Positions 41,008-52,344 of a stretch of 64,000 nt of DNA are shown here, one piece after another; positions within the stretch are counted from its first letter, which is position 1, and each line of letters begins with the position of its first letter. The notes beneath the pieces are model-generated. The model was not told where the DNA came from, did not search any database, and saw only the letters and a program-made list of their open reading frames with translations. The stretch is from NCBI GenBank assembly GCA_963804165.1, contig CAWDPO010000001.1, positions 96,001 to 160,000 of the forward strand. The letters are read 5' to 3'. The position numbers and the translations under genes are program-made. The DNA is from an uncultured delta proteobacterium (GTDB lineage: Bacteria; Desulfobacterota; Binatia; UBA9968).

Positions 41008-44000
41008 TTAGACCTTTTCGAAGTTCCAACCAAGTTCCAGCATGCCCGTGCGGTTATGTTCTTTAGCCTTCGCCGGGACCTTGTCGAGCAGTTCCTTGAA
41101 GTCGGCTTCATCTTTCGTAATCACATCCGGCTTCGTTTCGTCTGCAAGTTTGTATTGCGTTGTCTTTGCTATCTCTTTGTAGAACTCAAGTTCGAGCGTA
41201 GGCATCCGAGCTTTGAGCGCATCACTCATGCGGCGCTCAACCTCTTTGTAAGTTTTCTGCGCAGCTTGATAGGTCTCACTTGCGACGGTGTCGTCGCCGT
41301 GCTGCTTCCGATAATCTTTGAATGATTGTTCAGTCGAGACGAGCTCGGGAGGTACGTGTCGCTCGAATTCGTTATTCACCGCACCTGCCTGCGACGAACC
41401 TGAGGTGCCGCCAACGTCATCAGCCTCCGGCGTGATGTGCAAGCGTCCACTGCGGTGCGTCGATGCCGCGAGCGAAATTGTCGGCATCATCTTCCCACGA
41501 GTGGATGACGGGCCTTTGGTTTCGCCAACGAGGATTGCTTCCTTTTTGTCAGTCGCGTTCGGTTTTTCACTAATGTACTTAACCTCGTTGCCTTCCCACG
41601 TCAGCCCTGGATGGTTCCAGCTCTTCTTAAACGGCCGATGTGAGTTTGTAGGGGCAGATGAGAAGTAGTCGGCTATCAGATATTGTGTGAGGTGATGCGA
41701 CTCACGTCCCGGGCTCTTTTGGCTGTCGTCGTGTCCGTATTGGGCTAAGCGAAGTCCAACGTTCGGCTTCACGTCCTTGTTTGTCTCGGCGTAAATCTTC
41801 CAATGAGGCAGATCCTTTGGATCAAGTGTCGAGCCAGTGAGGGCATTCTTTACAAGCTCATCGACCTCTTTCTTGAAGAGGTAACTGAACATAAAGTCTT
41901 TCCCGAACAGAGCCCAGATGCCAACGACGATCCCTTTCTTCTCAAACAGCGCGCGGGTATGGATGCGAATCTTGGTGAGCTTGTCGTCATCCGCCCCGGG
42001 CCAAGCGTTCTTGACTGAGTCGATCCAAAGTGGCGAGCGACCGTCAATGTAGGGAAGGTAAATATTCAGGATCTTTATTTCTTTGAGCGGTTTTGTCTCA
42101 TCGATGATCTCGACTTCCGTGCTGTCTGGGGCCGTTACCTTGGTGTGATTGAAGGAAAGGGAAAGCACAACACCTGTTTTTGCGATGATGTAGCCTTCGA
42201 GTGACCTCGCAAAGTGAGTTGGCTTGATGACCTGTTCGACGGCAGGAGTAGATTTCGCTTTCGTTCCCTTTGCCGGTTTCGGCACTGGAAGATCCATCAG
42301 CGATTCGAGCCCAATCTGAGAGGCAGCGATTCGAATAGGATCAGCGTAGATGTTGTTGTTGAGACGGCTGTGTATCAGCTTGACTGCCGCCGTAAAAACG
42401 TCGGGATATTTAAGGATTGTGGTGTGCGATTGTAGGTTGGTGAGAACTTCAACCGTCTTGTCTACCGTGTTTGCTTCGCGTGTTTTTAGTTTCGCTTTCT
42501 TCTTCGTATCGAGGAGTTCTTGCCGACGTTTAATGTCGGGCAGATCCGTAATCGTGTGTAAGAGTTTATGGATAGTGAATAAGTTAATTCCTGAAGGTTG
42601 GAGACCTCCGTCCTCCTCGTTACCAACATCGGGTTGGGTGGCCAGCCGTCCTCCTGACTCAGCGATCTGATCCGCTATTCGTTCGCTAGCAGGATCGTAT
42701 TTCAGTCCCATTTCTGGTTGGCCGGAAATAGGAGCAGTGTCGTTTGCCCTGCGACGCTTACCGGTTTGTTGCAGCACGTGGACCAACTCGTGCTGAAACA
42801 CTTTCGCGCCACGACCGCTATAAACCGAAAGGCCGGGTCGCATGAAGACATGACTGCCCGTGGTTAGAGCATCGGCGCCAAATGTGTCTGTCATTGCAGC
42901 CGACTCAGATCCCGTGTGGAGTCGAACGTGTTTTAACGAACGACGAAACACAGATTCCGCACGTTGTAGTACTTCAGGAGTGAGTGGCTGACCTGGGCCA
43001 TGCGAAGGAACATGTCTCGGTCGGAAGCGCAGAGGTCGATCTCAGTGAGGGGTAGGGATTCGTGGTAGCCGCTGCGACGGGAACATCTTCAACGTAGTCT
43101 TCGTGCGTTTCCGGGAAGGGATCGCCTTCAGGAGTGATTGCGAGCTTGTTTGCTTTTGGGATCGGCTTGAACACCCCTCCGAGAGCCTTAGCTCCGAGCA
43201 AATCGTTTATCTTCTTTACGACGTCATCGCGCGTCTCATTGAACTTAGTGGCAATCTCAGGAACGACCTGTTCTTGCCAGTAGATGTTTGGATCCACTCC
43301 TGCCGCTACGATCTCCTCTGCAACACGCTCGTTGAAGAAGTCGAGTGCGCCTGTCTTTTGCAGAATAAACAGAGCGGCCTTACCTTTGAGTCCCAGGTTC
43401 TTCAAGATAAAGCCTTCAAGAACACTCATAGCGCTCGCAATTATCGGTGGAAAATCGAGAATCTTTTCTGGCAGCTGGAATTCTTCGACTTGCCTCAGGA
43501 TGTCGTGGAAACGATCACCAAAGCTCTCCTGCTGCTCCTTCAGTGTGTCCTTCAGTTCTTGAGCAACACCCTTTTTTCTGTCTTCCTTTGTGCCGATCTC
43601 GTAGATGGTTGTCGCGATCTTGGCTATGGTGAATATGTTGTCGGCAATAAACTGGAGTGCAAACGAGAGGACCGGCCGCGATGCTGCGAAAGTGTGAAAG
43701 TCCTCCATCGGTACCTGGACTTTGTCGTGAAGTTTTCGCAGGGCTTTAGCGAACGCCTTACCCAAACGACGAAACGCGGCTACTGCTTTTTTCGCTTTTG
43801 CGAACTTGTCTGTACCGCCTGAACTCGGTTTCGGATCGGCAGTTTCACCCTTTCCTATCGTACTTTTGGCGAGCAGCGAGTCGAGACGCGGGTCACCAAA
43901 TAGCAGCAGTTGTATGAGGTTCTCCGGATCCGCGGCGTCTTTTATTCGCGTTAACAGGCCTTCCATGATCTCGCGAATTCCACCCGCAAGAATCTCCTTG

Positions 44001-47000
44001 ACCTTCTTCCAATCACCGTCTGCCCAAAACATAGCGATCGTCGCGAGGACACGCGCTGCGGCGATTCCCTGGCCCACACCGGGAATAAACTCCGCCAGAT
44101 CAAGCATCGTGTTGACGTACCACTCGATGCCGGCTTGTATGTTTCCCATTGCGCTGCCAAAAGCAGCCCACGCAAGTCCGTTGTGTATGTCAGCGAGGAT
44201 CTCCGCATCTGCTGGGCCAACTTGCTTGGCTTCAAGGAGCACGTTTTTCTTGTTAAAGACTCGAACTTCCAGAAGTTTCTCGTCTTTCGCCAGAACGAGA
44301 GGTGTCTTATCGTCAAGCTCGAGGAATTTAGCCTCGGCGTACCCAGTTGCCGCAGTCTTCGTCTTCTTTTTCTTCGATCCTTTTCCCTCCGGCGCCTGGC
44401 CAGCGGTGCCATAGCCGTAAGCTGGATGGTAGATGTAGTCGCGGAGGATCTTTGTGACCTCGTAGTGAACGCTCTTTGGCTCACCGAGTATTGATTGACC
44501 TTCGCGTGGGTAAAGCTTTTGGCCCACTGGAATCCCACTGCTGTAGGCCATGAACACTTTGAATCCCTGATCCTTCGCAAAGGCTTTGTACCCAGACTTC
44601 TTTTGTACACTCTCGCGAACAGCCTTGAAGTGACTGGTGACCGCCTTTAAAGAAGCAACTCGAGGATCGAGCCACTCACTCTTGTTTTCATAGTCAGGCA
44701 AGAAAACATGACGGGCCTTTGGGTCCATTGCCAGGAACGTCGGCAGGTACTTCACGGCTGATTCCATCCATCCGAGCCATGAATGCACGACATCGAACCG
44801 GCTCTCATTTTCGAACGCCGCTTCGAGCTTTGGCGCGATCTCCAGCATCAACGCAGTCATCTCGGCTTCGACGTCCTGCTCTTCCAACATCGACACTGCC
44901 ACAAAGAAGCGAACAACCTGCTCCAACGCCTTATTCGGCTCGTCGAAGGCTCGCGTATCGTCGTATTTTATGAGGTGTTCGATACTCCACTTGGCAATAA
45001 TCTGACGATCAAGACGTGAGCCTTTCTTGATCTGAAGGAGTAACTGCTCCCATGCCCGCTCGCGCTCGCCCTCCAGAGCAGACGTGATGCCGGCTTGAAG
45101 AGTTCGAAGTTCGTCCTTCGTCATCTTCTCGTCTTTGAGCTGCTTGGTTATGCGTTCGCTCAGTTTCTTGAGCCACGTGGGGTCGTCTAATTGTTTTGTT
45201 TGCTCGAGCTTCTTTTGGTCGTCTTTGCCTGGCATGCCGGCAGCAACTTGGGCGTTGAGGAGATCGATCCCGCGAAACGTGGGCATCACGGTCCAGATGT
45301 AGGGGACGAACCACGCAAAGACCTTTCCAGGTTCAAATGGCAGTATCCATGTCAAGCTGGCGGTCTTGCTGTGTTCGTCAACCTCGTGGAAGGAATAGTG
45401 GGACTTAATGAGATCATCAAACGATTCTTTGCTTCCCTCCTTGATCGCAAAGTCATACGACTTAACTGTCCAAAACTCTGGAAATGGCAGTTTCTTAACT
45501 TCTTTATCAGCTTTGCCGGCGACGAAAGGTATTAATCCGCCAGCCTCAACCCACAGCTTCTCTTCCGCATCGCTTGTTGGCGTTAACTCTTTGATTTTCC
45601 CGGCGACCGCCTCGTAGTAGGATTTGCGATACAGAAGCGCCAGGTGTGTTCCAGTTAACGGTTCCCACGACTTGATGGATTGCACTTGCGAAAGGTCTTC
45701 AATTGGCACTTCTGGCTTGTGATGCCAGAAGTTGCCATCCTCATATGGCAGTATCGCAAGAAGGCTCGTTTTCTCTTTCTTGGCGAAGATTATTGTGTCT
45801 GCTTCTTCAACAACCTCGGTCCAATCAAGCGCTCTCCCAAGCCATTTCGCTCGACGTGCAAAAATTAGCCGTTGATGTATACGCTGATCGACTAGCGCGA
45901 CGTTGGGATTAGTGTCCGGGCCTGCCGCGACCCAGGCAAGGAAGCTCATCCACTCACGCACCCAGATCGTCAACCAGATATAAGCGATTACGTCGTCTGT
46001 TTTTTGCTCATAGAGAAGTTTCGGTTGCGGTTTCTCGAGGTGCTCCTGAGAAAAACTCTTCAGTCGCTCTACTAAAGCTTCAGCTCGAGCACGAAACTCA
46101 TCCGTAGGGGCGGGGCTTTCTTTTCCTTTACCGGGCCGGTTCAACTCGCGTAAGACATGAATTATCTCGGCGGGAAACCCGCTCTTTTCACCGGCTGCCT
46201 TTACTGCTTTTAACTTCTTGGTGGCTTCGGCGAGAGCTTTTGCTTCACCCTTGTCTCGACTTTCGTGGAATTGAGTGAACGTCTGATCAAGCGCGCTCTG
46301 TCGATCCCAAAGATCAATCGCAGTGGTGCCAATTCCTTTGACACGCGCTCCCAGTTTCTTTAAGAGTGGCTCCCACGCTTTTCTTGCATCGGTGTCAATT
46401 GCGCCAGTGGTGTCTTTAAAAATGTCCGCAGTTGATTCAAGAAACTTGGAGCCCCACTGCTGAACCCCATCAGCGTAGCGACGCTTCAAAAAGATCTGTC
46501 GCTCATTGGTTTTTTTCTGCTCCGCGATCGCATTGTTATTTATCTCAATGCATTTCTTCATACGGAGCTCATCAAGTTCTCGTATTCTGAACAGCGCCTC
46601 GTAAACCCATTCGGAGCTTGACAGTTTTTTGTTTTCACCCAAGTTATCTGACAACTCGGAGGCGTGCTCGGTAATGGTATCGGTGCTGGTGTCTCCCTCT
46701 TTCAAACCGTAACGACGAAGTGTCGGAATGGGCGCGCTTAGTGGGCCAAGAATGAAGACACCAATCAGTCGAACCCATTCTTCGATGTACCACGCAAGCA
46801 CCGGATGTTTTTCAGCAGCCTTAACGAATACCTCCTCACCTTTATTTCGATCCTTGAGAACCGGAACAAAACTATTGGTCCACGCAGCCGTACGGATGCG
46901 AATGCCGCCTTTAAAGTCGTCGCGTTCGATAAGCTGCGATGCGAGTTCGAATTTTTCGTAGCGTTTTAGTGTGTCGAAGAGGAGACTCTCCGCTTCAGAG

Positions 47001-47713
47001 GGCCAATCCTTGATTTCTGGAAGTGATTCCTGGAAAAACGTATCTAGCGATGCCTTCGGATCGGTCATCGCAACTCGTTTAGCCAACGCCTTAACGACTT
47101 CGTCATACTTATCCTTTTGATCTTTCTTCTTCGGAGCGTGTAGTTTCTTCAAAGTGTCAAACGGAGGAATCGCAGCTTCCAATTGCACGAGTCGATTGCC
47201 ACGTTGCGGCGTTGCTTTCATCATGCCGTCTGTCGACAGGCGTCCAGTCTGTTGCAACACGTGTGTTAGCTCGTGGGCGATCAGCAGTTTCCCTTCACGA
47301 CTCTGAGGCTTGAACTTTCCTCTCGCGAAGTAAACATCTCGGCCGCTGGCGAAAGCGTTGGCGCAATGCTCTTGGGCCGCATGAGCCGCATCAGAATCTT
47401 CGTGAATCCGAACGGCGGCGAAATTTGCACCGAACGATTCTTCGAGTTCCTCTCGCAAATCTTTATAGAGCGGAAGGCCAGCGCTCGCAGGTAACGAAAA
47501 ATCCGCTGCTCCAGTGGGTGTTATTCGTCGCGCCAGTCCTTTCTCACCAGCAACGAAGCGTTCGGCAATATCGTCGGCCTGACGTTCGAGACCGTCTGCG
47601 CGCTTCCGATTCGCTGCTCCGGCTAGCCCCGGTTTCGCCTTCATTTGCACACGACCATGGCCCAGCTGCTTGGGCGAAGACCGAGTTGCTGTTTTGAATT
47701 CCGTCGTGTTCAT
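41008..47713 (-). CDS. Giant eCIS protein: DUF4157 - helical body - PT-TG-like - DUF4157 - SHH nuclease-like domain (ORFs 42974-47713 and 41008-42951 joined by one frameshift near 43040)
   Basis: AVRIHED...AFASGRDVYF...AHELTHVLQQ; DLAEFIPGVG; GPGQPLTPEVLQRAESVFRRSLKHVRLHTG...QHELVHVLQQ; RESHH...PTISLAASTH. Confidence 0.8.
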
Positions 47714-47721
47714 CGAATGAG

Positions 47722-47952
47722 TTAATTCACCCTGCGTCGAATGTGCGCTGTCACGTCACTTGCTAACCGATCGATTGAGCTAGTGGTCGATCGAAACTTG
47801 ATCGAGATTTCGTTAATGGACTTAGTACCGTTCGTCTCGCTCGAAGCTTCACTCAAGCGCTTCGCTACGAGTTCACCCAACCGGCGACCTTGCTCGCACG
47901 TCAGACCAGAAGCGCAGATTCGAAACTCCCGAATGTGAACCTTGCCTCTCAC
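47722..47952 (-). CDS. Small eCIS-associated hypothetical protein
   Basis: Overlaps the ATPase stop (GTGA); VHIREFRI...GRRLGELVAKRL. Confidence 0.7.
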   Translation of the reverse strand: MRGKVHIREFRICASGLTCEQGRRLGELVAKRLSEASSETNGTKSINEISIKFRSTTSSIDRLASDVTAHIRRRVN

Positions 47953-50156
47953 GCAGCAGCCTCTTCTAATCGCAGAATCTTGTCGCGTTCGCGTGGTCCA
48001 ATCGCTCGTCCTTCTTTCGCGAGCTCCCGATCAAGCCCGATGAGCAAATGACCAGCATTTAGTGATTTGCGCTCAGCTCGTGCCGCGAACAAGGCTGCCA
48101 GCACGGCAAACTTGATTTGCGCGCCCGTGACGTCGGTCGCGGTGCTGAGAAGTTCAATGGCCTCGGCCAACGACTTCGCCCGTTTTTCGTCCACCAACCC
48201 CGTAATGAGTTTTGTCCACAGTTTGCGTTGCAGTGCTGCGTCAGGTGGCGTGAGCTCCACGTGGTAACGAATGCGCCGCAGAAACGCTGAGTCGATGTTG
48301 GATTTGAGGTTGGTGGCGAGTACCGCGATTCCGGGATAACTCTCGATCGCCTGCAACAGAAATGCGGTGTCCGTATTCGCGAAGCGATCCTGAGCATCGC
48401 GGATCTCAGCCGATCTTCGCGCAAACAGCGCATCCGCTTCATCGAAGAAAAGCACAGCGTCGTTCTCAGCGGCCACGCGAATCACTTGTTCGGTGTTCTT
48501 TGCCGTCTCACCTACCCACTTGCTGACTAACTGCGCGACGTTAACGCGACACAAATCCTTCGTCAGTTGGGCGGCGATCACCTGCGACGCCATCGTCTTG
48601 CCAGTGCCTGATGGTCCACTAAATAGCGCCACTAAACCACGGCCTTGCGGAAACAATCGTTGTGCTTCCTCGTGCTGCCAAAACGAAACACGTTCTTCTG
48701 CTTCGAACGCGATTGCCTGGAGCACCCTCTTTACTCCGTCAGGCAATACCAGGTCGTCCCAGGTAAACGGACATTCGAGAATCTGTGCGAGATTTCCAAA
48801 CCGCAATCTCGCACTCTCGCGCACGCGCGCCGCGGCTTCATCAGGGGTCTGCGCGCCAAGATGGATCGCGCGCTTAATGTCTCCCGGCCAAACGCTGTGG
48901 TGTTCGGCAAGTTTGCGAACTTGTTCGGCCGGCCATTTCGCCGCCTTAGGTGACGACTCCCGCCACAAACGTTCGCGCGTGCTTGCTTTCGGAATCGAAA
49001 GACGCACAACCTTGTCGACTATGCCACTTGTCTCGGTCGGTTCAGACCCGGGTTCGCACAAGACAAACTGAAGGGGAAACATCGATTGATTGGCAGGCCA
49101 CAGTTGCCGTGTTGCTGCATCACCTTTCCAGCCGAGGACCGTCGCATCAAGAAAAGCCTGTCGTTGCGCGTGCAGAAACATTCGCTTCCAATTCGACTCG
49201 TCGGTTGAATCCAACTGGACCACGAGCAGTGGCATTCCTAACTCAGCCGAAACAGCCGCAGCAAACTGTCGTTTTCCGCCGCCGCTCGGAGCGACGACAA
49301 CGACACGCATGCGAATACGTGCTTCGCTGGCAAGCGACTGCTTGATCCAGTTCAGAACTTCTTCAAAAGGCCACTCGGGCAACGTCGCGTTTTGCGATTC
49401 ACCGATCGCAGCTACGCCGATCAGTAACTCATCGAGACTACTGCTGCCTTCCAACCACTCCTTGATGTGCGGATCGCAAACGAGGGCTAACGGTTCACCG
49501 ACGCCCGTATCGCGCCGTTGAATCAATTCCCAGCGAAACACATTCATTTCTGGTGACCAGTTCACTTCACCGTTCAGTCGTAGCAGTCGCGCGGCGAGAT
49601 CTTCCGTCAGATACGTCCTGCCTGAGTGGTCCTGCAGATATGCGCACACACGACTTAGTGAACTGTCCATAGCGACGGCTGCTGCAAGCTTCAGCAAGTC
49701 GAGTTCTGCCGGAGACAAACCAAGCACGCGGGCAATGCGCGCGAAGCGAGAGTTCTCCAATTCATCTAACTCGCGTTTGATTGCGTCTGCTTCCGACAGC
49801 CAATGACGAACGGGTTCCTGACTCTGCGCCCACTCCGTTTCAGCTTCGAGCGAATCCTGATTAGCAAGAATGGCGGCGAGCTCAGCGTGAGTGACCGTTG
49901 CGCGACCATCGATCGATCCGTCGTTAATCCAGAGATGTTGCAACCACGCTCCCCGACAACGCGCAAGCAAGCGGAACCACGCAAGCAACAATTCGCGTTC
50001 TCTCGCCGACGATTCGACCGGCGCAGTTTGATATTCGATTGGCTGCGACCCCGGTTTGCGCCTTCGCTTCGTTGACGCGCGCGTCGCTTTCGTCCCTTTC
50101 GCCCCTTTCTGGCGCGACGATGCTTTTCTCTTTTTTACTGCTCGTTTAGCCATCAT
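47949..50156 (-). CDS. eCIS AAA+ ATPase (Afp15/Pvc15-like)
   Basis: TWDDLVLP, FSGPSGTGKT, VSKWVGETAKN, LFFDEADALF, DRFAN, AFLRR; degenerate first AAA (APSGGGKR). Confidence 0.93.
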   Translation of the reverse strand: MMAKRAVKKRKASSRQKGAKGTKATRASTKRRRKPGSQPIEYQTAPVESSARERELLLAWFRLLARCRGAWLQHLWINDGSIDGRATVTHAELAAILANQDSLEAETEWAQSQEPVRHWLSEADAIKRELDELENSRFARIARVLGLSPAELDLLKLAAAVAMDSSLSRVCAYLQDHSGRTYLTEDLAARLLRLNGEVNWSPEMNVFRWELIQRRDTGVGEPLALVCDPHIKEWLEGSSSLDELLIGVAAIGESQNATLPEWPFEEVLNWIKQSLASEARIRMRVVVVAPSGGGKRQFAAAVSAELGMPLLVVQLDSTDESNWKRMFLHAQRQAFLDATVLGWKGDAATRQLWPANQSMFPLQFVLCEPGSEPTETSGIVDKVVRLSIPKASTRERLWRESSPKAAKWPAEQVRKLAEHHSVWPGDIKRAIHLGAQTPDEAAARVRESARLRFGNLAQILECPFTWDDLVLPDGVKRVLQAIAFEAEERVSFWQHEEAQRLFPQGRGLVALFSGPSGTGKTMASQVIAAQLTKDLCRVNVAQLVSKWVGETAKNTEQVIRVAAENDAVLFFDEADALFARRSAEIRDAQDRFANTDTAFLLQAIESYPGIAVLATNLKSNIDSAFLRRIRYHVELTPPDAALQRKLWTKLITGLVDEKRAKSLAEAIELLSTATDVTGAQIKFAVLAALFAARAERKSLNAGHLLIGLDRELAKEGRAIGPRERDKILRLEEAAA

Positions 50157-51469
50157 GGCACTTGCACCCAGCGCGGCGAGTTCTCAGCGCCGTTCACAAT
50201 CACGCGCAACGGCAACGTCGATCCGCTGTTCAGGCCGACAATCGGAAACTGAATTCGAATTTGCGTCGCGCTCGTAATTTCGAAATGGCCCGCCGTTAAG
50301 GCGAGTGTCGGTTCGATAGGCACAGGCTCGCCACCAACGATCACGCGAACGTTCTCTGGTCGAACGTCAGCGTGTTGGAACACAGCACCGTCCACCGTCA
50401 CGATGTTGCCGACTGCTGTCGCAACAGTGTTGTAGGGAGGATTTGTAATCTGTGGCGCTACAACGAAGGGGACTTCGTTAGAAGCCTGCGGGAATGCGCG
50501 CATGCTACCGTCAGGCATTTGGCGAACCTGAGTGACGCGCGCGGCGGCAGTATAGAAGCCTGGAGCAATGTCTTCTGCGCCTGCGCGCTGATTGACCTGC
50601 GCCAGAATGAAATCGGTTCCTGCAACTACACCCCAGTCAAGACCAACCTCTTGCGGCGTATTCCAATCAGGTCTTTTGATTAGGAGTGTTGTCGAGTCGC
50701 CTGCGAGATCGGTGCCCTCGAATGCAATGTTTTCACCGATCGCTGCTTCGCCTGGTCTAACATCCACAGTTCGATCAGCAACTTCACCTGGTATGCGAAA
50801 AGTAACTGTGGCGCGGCTGGTATCTAGACGAGGCGCGCCATTAACAAAAATCTGGATACCGTAGCGAAGCACGCGTCCGCTAAGTAACTGGGGACGATCA
50901 GGTTCGAGGAGCGTTGCTGTGACTTCGTAATAGGCGGCGAGTCGAACAGCCTGTGTGCCAGCTGTCCAAAAGTTAGAAGCTTCGTTAGGAGCAATGTTTC
51001 GCTTAGAGATGCGAAAGACATTGTCTGTGTCTTGCAGTTCGGTAGGAAAGATCAAACCGCCGAACGACGTGTTTCGATCGAGACTGGGAAAATCGTGCAA
51101 CGTCTTCAGCGCGAGACCGAACAGCCGTTGCGCTCGAAGCGCGGCAGCATGAGGGTTGTTCATTAGCTCGGCAGCAAGGACGAACAGCTGATACTGAAGA
51201 ATGACACCCATGGGCGTGAAGCGAACCGGCGGCTGATCTCTGTACACAGGCGGAAGGTTTTTAACGTGCGGATCTTCGTGTGCGTAGTAGAGAAACATTC
51301 CCAGCGCCTGGTCCGCAGTAAAGGTTGTAGACGGCGAAACCCCGGTGTAGGTAATCGCCGGCGCCGGGTTTGGCGCGAAGAATGCGGCCCAAAGAGGATC
51401 GACCCGCACCCGTAAGAGGTTCAGGAGTGTCGTCGTCACCAGTGATAAGTCGATTAACGGCATTGTCAA
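50153..51469 (-). CDS. Pvc16/Afp16 (DUF4255) cap protein with C-terminal Ig/IPT-like extension
   Basis: LSLVTTTLLNLL, LGMFLYYAHEDPHVKN, LFGLALKTLHDFP, NFWTA...RLAAYYEVT; beta-rich C-terminus ending LRVIVNGAEN. Confidence 0.85.
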   Translation of the reverse strand: MTMPLIDLSLVTTTLLNLLRVRVDPLWAAFFAPNPAPAITYTGVSPSTTFTADQALGMFLYYAHEDPHVKNLPPVYRDQPPVRFTPMGVILQYQLFVLAAELMNNPHAAALRAQRLFGLALKTLHDFPSLDRNTSFGGLIFPTELQDTDNVFRISKRNIAPNEASNFWTAGTQAVRLAAYYEVTATLLEPDRPQLLSGRVLRYGIQIFVNGAPRLDTSRATVTFRIPGEVADRTVDVRPGEAAIGENIAFEGTDLAGDSTTLLIKRPDWNTPQEVGLDWGVVAGTDFILAQVNQRAGAEDIAPGFYTAAARVTQVRQMPDGSMRAFPQASNEVPFVVAPQITNPPYNTVATAVGNIVTVDGAVFQHADVRPENVRVIVGGEPVPIEPTLALTAGHFEITSATQIRIQFPIVGLNSGSTLPLRVIVNGAENSPRWVQVP

Positions 51470-52329
51470 AAGCGACTGAATCCGAAGCGGTGGGCCGACG
51501 GAACTCCAGCGCGTGTTCTTCTGCCACCGCCGATCACGACGACTTGACGTTGCGGCGTAACCACTGGTGTTGGCGCCGGCACGATTTCAACAGACAGTTT
51601 TCCGATCACTAGCGACGGTGCTTCGTCGGTGGGTTCAGAAACTCGCGCCTGCGGAGTTGGAGGTTGCAACCGCGTGGCAGTTTGAATCGGCCTTTCTGAT
51701 TTAGTCGCATGCTGTTGACTATGGTCTTCCTCACTTTCCGCTTGTTCGCGCTTGCTCGAGCGACGTTCAAACAAGCTGGCGATGAACGAATCAGCCTTTC
51801 GCAGGAGGACTGCTTGCTCGCTCTCGATGTTCACTAAACGGTCGGTCATTTCGTCATCGTGCGATGACTGCGACACTTCTGTTTCCTTTGAGGGAGTAGT
51901 TGGAACAAGACGCGGAGACGTGTGCGCTTCTGGTGATATCTGCTGCGGTTCGACGTGCGTAACCTTGCGAGTCTCGAAAAGGTCGCGCGGTGGAAGCTCA
52001 GATTCCTTGGTAGCTCGAGTTATCGGTTGCTCTGGTTCAGTCGAAGGTGGCGCAACGATGGTCGAGCTCTTGGGAGTTGGTGTGACAGTCGACTCGGTCT
52101 GAGGTCTTAGCTCGGTAGTTTTTGACGACGATTCTGAAACAGCGTTGCGTTCAGCCGGTAGTCGATCAGACGACGGGCTAGTGGGCCAGACAGTGGAATG
52201 ATGCGTCGTGTCGGGCGAGGTGACAGTCGCCTCGAATGGATCGTGAGCCCTGCGAGCGTTGACGGATTTGGGTGCCGGTGCGTTTGCGAGTGTGGCGCGA
52301 GCGGCCAATTTTGCGAAATAGCTTTTCAT
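51466..52329 (-). CDS. Low-complexity eCIS-associated protein
   Basis: MKSYFAKLAARA start, S/T/P/E-rich middle, LVIGKLSVEIV C-terminal motif; translationally coupled to Pvc16. Confidence 0.75.
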   Translation of the reverse strand: MKSYFAKLAARATLANAPAPKSVNARRAHDPFEATVTSPDTTHHSTVWPTSPSSDRLPAERNAVSESSSKTTELRPQTESTVTPTPKSSTIVAPPSTEPEQPITRATKESELPPRDLFETRKVTHVEPQQISPEAHTSPRLVPTTPSKETEVSQSSHDDEMTDRLVNIESEQAVLLRKADSFIASLFERRSSKREQAESEEDHSQQHATKSERPIQTATRLQPPTPQARVSEPTDEAPSLVIGKLSVEIVPAPTPVVTPQRQVVVIGGGRRTRAGVPSAHRFGFSRF

Positions 52330-52344
52330 CAGAAAAGATGCGCA

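Noticed and set aside
42951-43060. Programmed ribosomal frameshift between the two DUF4157 ORFs
   Set aside because: No obvious X XXY YYZ slippery heptamer at the junction, and the contig has many other indels; error or mutation is simpler
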